Virus record (IMG/VR): IMGVR_UViG_3300044949_002487 | DNA from: an uncultured virus (IMG/VR IMGVR_UViG_3300044949_002487) | Lineage: Duplodnaviria; Heunggongvirae; Uroviricota; Caudoviricetes | DNA length: 64,000 nucleotides | Strand: one strand, 5' to 3' | In this document: positions 56,794 to 64,000 of the stretch, one piece after another | Layout: every line of letters begins with the position of its first letter | How positions within the stretch are numbered: position 1 is the first letter of the stretch | Program-made: the position numbers and the translations under genes | Notes under the pieces: model-generated | Told to the model about the DNA's origin: nothing | What the model saw: only the letters and a program-made list of their open reading frames with translations | Database searches by the model: none

Positions 56794-57576
56794 ATGGCTG
56801 GCGCGCGCATTCTTTATCCGCAATTCCGAGACGAGCAGGCTGATTCGCGCTATCCGTTTGCAGACAGCGCCAGCCTTGTGTCGACAGAGCAGAAGTTGGA
56901 CATCGGTCGCGACACATTTTTTGACGCGACGATTTACACGATTGGCGGCAGCCGACAGGCCTACATCTCGTCAATTTTTGTTAGCCAGCAGCAAGTCGAT
57001 ATTCGCGTTGGCGACGTAGCGAACAAAGACAGGGCGACGGCGAGCTTTAATCCGCGGTCTCCGCCTGAAAGCGGCGTGCTCGATTTGTTCGATGAATTTG
57101 GTCGCCCGGCAGGGCGGCTTTTGTCCGTGCCGCTTGCGCTCGCGCGATTTTCGGGCTGGCCCGCCGCGACTCACACGTTCTCGGTCGCCGCGGCCGAGTT
57201 CGTTTCTACCGTCGTGATTCCAGCGCGCGAACCCGGCGTCCGCGCGCTGAAGACGCTCGATGGGCCAATCATGACGGGCGACGTGTGGCTGGTGGGCGGC
57301 CGCGGTGTGGTCGTTCGAAAAGAAGACGACACCACCATCCGGATAGATATCATTGGCGAGCCGCTGTTCAGCCGCTACATCTGCGACGAATTCAATCGGT
57401 TTGAGCCCAAAACATTCTTGCAAACGCTCACAATTGACGGCGTTACTTGCGGCCCCGACGAATACGGCAATTTTATTGTCACCGCCACCGGACACGGCGC
57501 TAATGACACCGTTTTGCGCGTCTACCCGCAAGACGGAAACATTAAAATAGACACCGTCGGTCGAAAGGTAGTGTGA
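56794..57576 (+). CDS. Tail protein, RxYP-paralog 4
   Basis: FRDEQADSRYPF…GDVWLVGG…GPDEYGNF. Confidence 0.7.
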   Translation: MAGARILYPQFRDEQADSRYPFADSASLVSTEQKLDIGRDTFFDATIYTIGGSRQAYISSIFVSQQQVDIRVGDVANKDRATASFNPRSPPESGVLDLFDEFGRPAGRLLSVPLALARFSGWPAATHTFSVAAAEFVSTVVIPAREPGVRALKTLDGPIMTGDVWLVGGRGVVVRKEDDTTIRIDIIGEPLFSRYICDEFNRFEPKTFLQTLTIDGVTCGPDEYGNFIVTATGHGANDTVLRVYPQDGNIKIDTVGRKVV

Positions 57577-57577
57577 T

Positions 57578-58522
57578 ATGCCGCGTCCAGGGTTTTACAA
57601 CGATAACGAATACCGCGCGTATCCGTTCGTCTACAAAATCGACTATTTTGGCGCGACGCTGCCCGACTCCGCAGTAGTCGACTGCGGCATCATTATGGGC
57701 CTGTCCAGCGGGTTTTCGCAGAACGAGCACGAGATCTGGTTGGCTGCAATCACCCGGAGCAGCGGCCTCGTACGGTTTGAGTTCGCAACGGACGCGCCGG
57801 GGGCTGCGGCTGTGCCTTTAGTGTTTGAGTGCGCCGAGAACGGCGATGAGTGGACAAGCGTTTTCAACGAATCGGGTGCGGCGGCGGACATCGATCCTGC
57901 CTGCGTTTTTGAACCGGCGTGGGAAGGGTTTCTGGTGCCTGGCCCCCTCACTGAGCTGATCGCACTGCTGGACGAAAACGGCGGCGCTCTTTCTTTTCCG
58001 GCGCGCGAGCGAACGCTTGAGCCAGGCCGCGTTCAGAGTTTAGTGAAAAGCTATGTGCGCTCAGTCAACCTGGGAAATCTTCCCCGTGTGCGCGCCTTGC
58101 CACCCAGCGACTGCCAGACGTCCAGCGATAGCCTGGCAAGCGCCGACATTGTAGTAAACGCCGTCTGCATGCAGGGCGATCTTCGCATTAAAGAAGGCTA
58201 CAATTGCCGAATTAAACAAACCGATCGGCTCAACGACATCCGCATCGGCGCCGAGCAGGGCGCCGGAGATGCAGCGCGGTCTGAGCTGTGCGATCACGGC
58301 AGCGAGTTGCCGCTGTATGACGGGGAGCCGTTTGACGAAGAAACTGGTTTCTACAGCGGCGGGCCTGCGTGCGACCAAACGATTTCTACAATCAACGGAA
58401 TTGGCGGAACTAACGTCAACATCGTAGGCGGCACTGGCGTCACTGTGACCGCAAACTCGGCGACAAATACCGTGACCGTGGCCTTGGCGCAAAACAACCT
58501 GGTTGGAAATTGCGGGACGTAA
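57578..58522 (+). CDS. Tail protein, RxYP-paralog 5
   Basis: [12 protein letters not shown]…GDLRIKEG…INGIGG. Confidence 0.7.
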   Translation: MPRPGFYNDNEYRAYPFVYKIDYFGATLPDSAVVDCGIIMGLSSGFSQNEHEIWLAAITRSSGLVRFEFATDAPGAAAVPLVFECAENGDEWTSVFNESGAAADIDPACVFEPAWEGFLVPGPLTELIALLDENGGALSFPARERTLEPGRVQSLVKSYVRSVNLGNLPRVRALPPSDCQTSSDSLASADIVVNAVCMQGDLRIKEGYNCRIKQTDRLNDIRIGAEQGAGDAARSELCDHGSELPLYDGEPFDEETGFYSGGPACDQTISTINGIGGTNVNIVGGTGVTVTANSATNTVTVALAQNNLVGNCGT

Positions 58523-58523
58523 T

Positions 58524-61223
58524 ATGACTGCGCCACTTTTCGATCCGAACAAGTGCAACGTCGACTCGATTCCGAGTCTTGACTTTGACTTTGTTTCGGA
58601 GTGCTCGATCAAAGAACCGCCGCCGCCGATCTTCGATTGTCAGCCGCCACTCGTTCCCCGAGAGCCCCCTCCGCCGCCGTGCCCACAGTTCGAGACGCGC
58701 GTTGTTGTGAACGTGCAGCAGCAAAACAATTGTTCAATTCAATCTCAATCTAGCGAACCCAGCGTAGCAACAGTCACGCAAGTCGATGCTGATCCGTGCC
58801 GTTTTTTCATCGACTTGGACATCAATGTTCCGATCCCGCCCGTGCCGTGTCCCGACATTACGGGCGGCTCAATCAAAATTACCACCGGCTACGAGGACTG
58901 CGTTGACGGCCCGACCGGCGCGATTACGGTCACCAAACTCGAAACCTCTTGCGGCGAAAACGGAAGCAACGAACAGGCAAACTGTCGTTTCGCCATCGAC
59001 CTTGATCTGACCATTCCGATTCCCCGCCCACCGTGCCCGGTCATCGAAGGCGGCGAGGTCACGATCACGACTGGTTATGAAGATTGCGTTGGCGAGCCAA
59101 CTGGCGCAATCACTGTTACTCCAGTTGAGAATCCGCCGGATTGCGCGAGTGATAATGCTACTCAGTGTGAATTTAAGATTGACCTAGACCTGACCATTCC
59201 AGTCCCGCGACCGCCGTGCCCCGTCATTGCAAGCGGTCCGGTAACAATAACCACCGGTTACGAAGAGTGCGTCGGTAGTCCGACCGGCGAAATAACAATC
59301 ACAAAGGTCGATCCGCCGCCAGACTGTGACGGCGGCGAGCCTGCGCCCTGCGAGTTTGAGATCGCGCTAGATATTGTTGTTCCGACGCCGAAACCGGTCT
59401 GTCCAACCATCACGGCAACAGGCGCTATTTCAATTGTTCAGGGCGCCCCGACCATCAGTGTTGGTGTCAACGACAACAGCACAGAAGGCGACTGCAGCAA
59501 CCCGCCCAATTGCGAATTTGATATCAACATTGATATCGGGGTGCCGGTACCGTGCCCCGAAATCTCTGGTGACATATCGGTTTATGGTGCGCCGCAGCCA
59601 ACCGGGGCGATGACTATTACTCCGACCAGCGGTCCTAGCGGCGAGTGCATCTTCGATATCCAGATCGATATTGGTGTACCAACAGCGCTATGCCCTGAAA
59701 TCTCTGGTGACATATCGGTTTATGGTGCGCCGCAGCCAACCGGCGCACTGACGATCACACCAACAACCGGACCTAGCGGCGAGTGCATCTTTGATATTCA
59801 GATTGATATCGGGGTGCCGGTTCCAACCTGTCCAGAAATTTCCGGTGACATATCGGTTTATGGTGCGCCGCAGCCAACCGGTGCGCTAACCATTACGCCG
59901 ACGACTGGGCCTAGCGGCGAGTGCATCTTCGACATCCAAATTGATATCGGGGTGCCGACAGCGCTATGCCCCGAAATCTCTGGTGATATCTCGGTCTATG
60001 GCGCACCACAGCCAACCGGCGCACTGACGATCACACCAACAACCGGACCGAGCGGCGAGTGCATTTTTGATATTCAGATCGATATCGGGGTGCCTACGGC
60101 TCTGTGCCCCGAAATCTCTGGTGATATCTCGGTCTATGGCGCACCACAGCCAACCGGTGCGCTAACCATTACGCCGACGACTGGACCGAGCGGCGAGTGC
60201 ATTTTTGATATTCAGATCGATATCGGGGTGCCGACAGCAATTTGTCCAGAGATTTCTGGCGATATTCAGGTTTATTACGCGCCGGGCCCTACCGGCGCAC
60301 TGACGATCACGCCGACAACTGGACCGAGCGGCGAGTGCATTTTTGATATTCAGATTGAAGTGGGAGTACCATCAGGACCGACTGGCCCGTCAGGTCCAAC
60401 TGGTCCGTCAGGTCCGACTGGACCAACAGGGCCCACTGGTCCGACTGGACCAACAGGGCCCACTGGTCCGACTGGACCAACAGGACCGACTGGACCAACA
60501 GGACCGACTGGTCCAACTGGCCCAACAGGCCCCACTGGCCCGACAGGCCCAACCGGACCTACTGGACCAACAGGACCTACCGGCCCGAGCGGACCTACAG
60601 GGCCCACTGGTCCAACTGGACCAACAGGACCGACTGGGCCGACGGGTCCTACTGGCCCGACAGGCCCAACCGGACCAACCGGACCTACAGGACCAAGCGG
60701 ACCTACAGGACCAACAGGCCCTACTGGCCCGACAGGCCCAACCGGACCTACAGGGCCAACCGGACCTACAGGGCCCACTGGTCCTACTGGACCAAGCGGA
60801 CCTACAGGGCCGAGCGGACCTACCGGCCCTAGCGGACCGTATGGACCTAGCGGCCCCGTCGGACCGACCGGCCCCACTGGACCATATGGACCTACAGGCC
60901 CCACTGGACCATATGGACCTACAGGCCCTAGCGGACCGTATGGACCTAGCGGCCCCAGCGGACCAGCGGGCCCCACTGGACCTGCAGGACCCACTGGACC
61001 ATATGGACCGTCTGGACCAGCAGGCCCTAGCGGACCGTATGGACCTAGCGGCCCCAGCGGCCCAGCGGGACCCACTGGCCCTGCAGGCCCCACTGGACCG
61101 GAAGGCCCATCTGGACCGCCGGGCCCACCACCGCCTACAACAACAGCAACCGTAGTCACCAGCGTGTCGTGCGTTAATGGCGCTATTGAAGTTACATACG
61201 CAACAATTACAGTGCTTGCTTAA
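58524..61223 (+). CDS. Collagen-like fibre protein with Cys-containing tandem beta repeats
   Basis: About 10 Cys/Pro-bounded repeats followed by about 84 Gly-Pro-X triplets. Confidence 0.85.
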   Translation: MTAPLFDPNKCNVDSIPSLDFDFVSECSIKEPPPPIFDCQPPLVPREPPPPPCPQFETRVVVNVQQQNNCSIQSQSSEPSVATVTQVDADPCRFFIDLDINVPIPPVPCPDITGGSIKITTGYEDCVDGPTGAITVTKLETSCGENGSNEQANCRFAIDLDLTIPIPRPPCPVIEGGEVTITTGYEDCVGEPTGAITVTPVENPPDCASDNATQCEFKIDLDLTIPVPRPPCPVIASGPVTITTGYEECVGSPTGEITITKVDPPPDCDGGEPAPCEFEIALDIVVPTPKPVCPTITATGAISIVQGAPTISVGVNDNSTEGDCSNPPNCEFDINIDIGVPVPCPEISGDISVYGAPQPTGAMTITPTSGPSGECIFDIQIDIGVPTALCPEISGDISVYGAPQPTGALTITPTTGPSGECIFDIQIDIGVPVPTCPEISGDISVYGAPQPTGALTITPTTGPSGECIFDIQIDIGVPTALCPEISGDISVYGAPQPTGALTITPTTGPSGECIFDIQIDIGVPTALCPEISGDISVYGAPQPTGALTITPTTGPSGECIFDIQIDIGVPTAICPEISGDIQVYYAPGPTGALTITPTTGPSGECIFDIQIEVGVPSGPTGPSGPTGPSGPTGPTGPTGPTGPTGPTGPTGPTGPTGPTGPTGPTGPTGPTGPTGPTGPTGPTGPTGPSGPTGPTGPTGPTGPTGPTGPTGPTGPTGPTGPTGPSGPTGPTGPTGPTGPTGPTGPTGPTGPTGPTGPSGPTGPSGPTGPSGPYGPSGPVGPTGPTGPYGPTGPTGPYGPTGPSGPYGPSGPSGPAGPTGPAGPTGPYGPSGPAGPSGPYGPSGPSGPAGPTGPAGPTGPEGPSGPPGPPPPTTTATVVTSVSCVNGAIEVTYATITVLA
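59553..60371 (+). repeat. Six tandem 138-bp (46-aa) repeats [43 protein letters not shown]
   Basis: Units start at 59553, 59691, 59829, 59967, 60105 and 60243. Confidence 0.95.
60375..61130 (+). repeat. 9-bp-period collagen repeat (GPT >> GPS, GPY, GPA)
   Basis: 756 nt of GGN-CCN-NNN triplets. Confidence 0.95.
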
Positions 61224-61628
61224 ATGAGCTGGACAGTCAATATAGGACCCTGCGCTTGCTGCGGCGGCGTTTGTCAAAACAACGGCGACTGCGGATGCGT
61301 TGAGCCTGGTTACACCTATTACCCCGCACTTGACGCCCTCATGCCCGGTCAAGGCTGCTGCCCACCGGGGACCATTTATTATCCCGGTCTTGGTTGTTCT
61401 TCGGACGGCACGGCGGGTGGCGTAGCAGCCTCTGGCGAGAGCGAGCGATGCTGCGGCGGCGAGTGCGTGCCAGTTGTTCAATACCCAGCTGGTAACTGCC
61501 TGGACGGCGGGCGCGAGTGCCCTGCGGGATGTTGCCCCGAGCCGACCTATGTCTGCTGCCCCGACGGCGTCAACTGCGCAGCGTGCCCAGAAGACTGTCC
61601 GGGATTTGAGGAAAACCCCCTGCCATGA
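61224..61628 (+). CDS. Very Cys-rich small protein (21 Cys in 134 aa)
   Basis: Several CC pairs; abuts the collagen gene stop. Confidence 0.7.
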   Translation: MSWTVNIGPCACCGGVCQNNGDCGCVEPGYTYYPALDALMPGQGCCPPGTIYYPGLGCSSDGTAGGVAASGESERCCGGECVPVVQYPAGNCLDGGRECPAGCCPEPTYVCCPDGVNCAACPEDCPGFEENPLP

Positions 61629-62086
61629 TTACTTGCACCATCTCTAACCTGTTGGCTCGCTGCAAAGAACGTGGCTACACGCTTGACGAGGTTCGGCCGT
61701 GCATAGTTAGCGAGGATGGCGACATAATCACGGTCGATGAAACGCACACGGCATACCCGCGGCGCAAAATCCAGGTCAAAGATAAAGGCACTGGTACAGA
61801 ACTCAAAAAACTTCTTTCAAAAATCGGCATCAAGGCATCGCCCACTTGCTCTTGTAACACGCGCGCCAAGATCATGGACGAGAACGGGATTGATTGGTGC
61901 GCGCAGAACATTGAAACAATTGTCGGCTGGTTGCAAGAGGAAGCTGAGAAACGACAGTTGCCGTTTATCGCAATCGGCGCTAAGTTGCTCGTAAAGCGCG
62001 CTATCGCCGCTGCGCGCAAAGCGGAGAAAAAAGCGCTGCATGACACAACGCCGTCTCCTTCTAATACACAAGCGCGCTCCGGGTGA
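61625..62086 (+). CDS. Hypothetical protein (GTELKKLL…CSC…WC motif)
   Basis: ATGA overlap; may be a fibre-associated chaperone. Confidence 0.7.
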   Translation: MITCTISNLLARCKERGYTLDEVRPCIVSEDGDIITVDETHTAYPRRKIQVKDKGTGTELKKLLSKIGIKASPTCSCNTRAKIMDENGIDWCAQNIETIVGWLQEEAEKRQLPFIAIGAKLLVKRAIAAARKAEKKALHDTTPSPSNTQARSG

Positions 62087-63953
62087 CACGGTCGTCTTGA
62101 CGGCGCTGATTCGCGACATCGCCCTGACCCGGCCGGGCGAGTTCGCGATCGCCGTCGACACACACGCCGCGGCTCTCTGGGAGAACAACCCGTACATCGT
62201 CAGTGCGCGAGAGCTGCGCGGCCAGAAGGGGGTCGAGCATATCAAGCTCACCTACGGCAAAGGCCTGCGCGACCAGAACCACGAGACGGTTCACTTCCTG
62301 AACTACTTCCATCGCGACTTCGAGGTTCAGGCCAGGGTCCGCATTCCGCTGACGCTGCCCTATCCCGATCTCCACCTATCTGAGGCGGAGAAAGCCAGCC
62401 CGCTCGTTCAGGGGCGGTACTGGGTTTTTCTATCAGGCGGCAAGAGCGACTTCACGGCCAAGGTCTGGGACCAGTCGGCCTGGCAGTCGACAATCAACCA
62501 GCTCGGCGCGCTGGGCATCTCCTGCGTGCAGCTCGGCGACGCGGCGCGCGGGCACTGGCACCCCGAGATTAAGGGCGCCTTGAACCTGGTCGGGCGCACC
62601 GGGCTGCGCGACTGGCTGCGGCTGATCTACCACGCCGACGGGGTTATCTGCGGGGTCACCGGTGCTATGCACATCGCGGCCGCGTTACAGCGCCCCTGCG
62701 TCGTCTTGGCGGGCGGCAGGGAGGCCTGGTGGTGGGAGGCCTATGTCAGGGAGAACGCCGGTCTAGGCGGCTTGCAGACGGCCCAGAAGCTGGTTGCGCC
62801 CCACCGGTTCCTACACACGATCGGGCTCCTGGACTGCTGCCAGACCCACGGCTGCTGGAAGAACAAGGTGCTGCCGCTAAACGGCGACCAATCTATCTGT
62901 AAATACCCCATTGTGAAACCCGGCCAGGCTGTGCCGAAATGCCTGGATATGATCACCCCGGAACACGTCGTAGAGGCCGTTATGAGCTATTACGAGGACC
63001 GCACGCTGCCGCCCATCAAATCCTTGGAGGACGTCGTACGTTACCGACAGGCGCCGTCGGAGCAGCCGGTTTCACAGGGTCCGGCTGTCGCGCCCGCTCT
63101 AGTCGAGACGGCGCAGTTTGAGCGCACAGTGGCGGCGGCGCCTAACACGGCCGTACCCACCGCCGCCACCGACAAAGATATCTATGCAGACCCGGTCATT
63201 GGTGGAAAGTTCACTGTCTGCGTTTTGTTCTATGGCGCGAAGCAGTACCACCAGATGCACATGCGCTGCCTGAACTCAATTATCTCAACCTGCCCGCCCA
63301 ACCGAATTGACCTGCGCGTGGGATCCAACGAACTGTGCCCCGAGACAACAGCCGTGCTGGACCGGCTGGTCGACCACAAAATCATCACAAAGCATTATCG
63401 GCACACAGAGAACGCCCTTAAGTATCCGGTAATGCGCGAGATGTTTCATGACCCCGACTGCCCGATCACCACAAACTATCTGCTCTGGTTTGACGACGAC
63501 TCGATCGCTGACCGCAATCAGCAGTGGCTCACGCTCTTGGCTCAGGCGATTCTGGCCAATCCACAAGCCGGGCTGTTTGGCTCCGATATGACAATTCGGC
63601 TGGCGCCTAGTCAGCAGGCGCTCTACCGCGCGCGGCCCTGGTACAAAGGTCGCCCATTTCGGCTAAAGAACAAAACGCCCGCGCCAAATGGCGATCATAC
63701 GGCTTTCGTGGCGGGTGGTTTCTTTTGCATAAAAACAGAAGCGCTGCGCGCGGCCGATATCCCCGACGCCACGCTTACGCACAACGGCGGGGATTACACG
63801 ATCGGCGAGCAGCTCTACCAGGCCGGTTACGATATTGTCGGCTGGAACCGGCAAAAGCAGTTTATTCACACCTCGAGTGTTGCGCGCCGCGGCGCGAGCC
63901 AGCCGCACTTCGGCACGGCGGCCTGGCAGGCGACCACGGGAGGGGCCAGATGA
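62040..63953 (+). CDS. Two-domain glycosyltransferase: GT9-like (heptosyltransferase fold) plus GT-A/GT2-like
   Basis: APGDTVVLT…NNPYI…NLVGRTGLRD…TGAMHIAAALQRPCVVL (GT9); C-terminal LLWFDDD (DxD) and GGFF. Confidence 0.8.
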   Translation: MTQRRLLLIHKRAPGDTVVLTALIRDIALTRPGEFAIAVDTHAAALWENNPYIVSARELRGQKGVEHIKLTYGKGLRDQNHETVHFLNYFHRDFEVQARVRIPLTLPYPDLHLSEAEKASPLVQGRYWVFLSGGKSDFTAKVWDQSAWQSTINQLGALGISCVQLGDAARGHWHPEIKGALNLVGRTGLRDWLRLIYHADGVICGVTGAMHIAAALQRPCVVLAGGREAWWWEAYVRENAGLGGLQTAQKLVAPHRFLHTIGLLDCCQTHGCWKNKVLPLNGDQSICKYPIVKPGQAVPKCLDMITPEHVVEAVMSYYEDRTLPPIKSLEDVVRYRQAPSEQPVSQGPAVAPALVETAQFERTVAAAPNTAVPTAATDKDIYADPVIGGKFTVCVLFYGAKQYHQMHMRCLNSIISTCPPNRIDLRVGSNELCPETTAVLDRLVDHKIITKHYRHTENALKYPVMREMFHDPDCPITTNYLLWFDDDSIADRNQQWLTLLAQAILANPQAGLFGSDMTIRLAPSQQALYRARPWYKGRPFRLKNKTPAPNGDHTAFVAGGFFCIKTEALRAADIPDATLTHNGGDYTIGEQLYQAGYDIVGWNRQKQFIHTSSVARRGASQPHFGTAAWQATTGGAR

Positions 63954-64000
63954 GCGTAGTGATTCTGACCCGTGACGACCTGGCCAAGATGCTCTTCAGC
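63950..64000 (+). CDS. 5' end of the next gene (MSVVILTRDDLAKMLFS…), truncated
   Basis: GGAGG RBS and ATGA overlap. Confidence 0.5.
   Translation, partial: MSVVILTRDDLAKMLFS

Noticed and set aside
59553..60371. 138-bp repeats considered as a CRISPR array or DGR template/variable repeats
   Set aside because: There are no unique spacers, the repeats are in-frame coding with mainly synonymous differences rather than A-specific ones, and no cas or reverse transcriptase gene is present.
60343..61481. Alternative-frame and antisense repetitive ORFs (GPV, LDQQD, SGW repeats)
   Set aside because: By-products of the 9-bp collagen repeat.
1..64000. Stop-codon reassignment
   Set aside because: TAA, TAG and TGA all terminate genes cleanly, with dense gene packing under the standard code.

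Overview
This window is a high-GC (visually about 62-63%) segment of a large tailed phage with a contractile tail. All credible genes are on the + strand. The order is: a membrane/protease cluster (holin-like protein, MMP-type matrixin, papain-like C1 peptidase); a phage-encoded two-chain multisubunit RNA polymerase (beta fused to the N-half of beta', plus a separate C-half of beta'); Lys-x-Ala-rich putative inner-head proteins; prohead protease, scaffold, decoration and major capsid proteins; neck, sheath, tube, spike, chaperones and tape measure; a baseplate module containing a sigma70-family factor; five paralogous Cys-rich tail proteins; a collagen-like fibre; and a two-domain glycosyltransferase. 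No terminase, portal, tRNA, CRISPR array or integrase was recognised. The most notable signals are: (1) a nearly Cys-free RNAP lacking its Zn sites, possibly virion-packaged; (2) ANGGAN-loop hairpins of the CsrA/RsmA-site type over the translation starts of many genes; (3) a 12-bp palindrome AWAGATATCTWT dispersed through coding sequence in all three frames; (4) a recurring K-x-A motif in head-module proteins. All annotation is by eye from motifs and synteny; no database searches were run.
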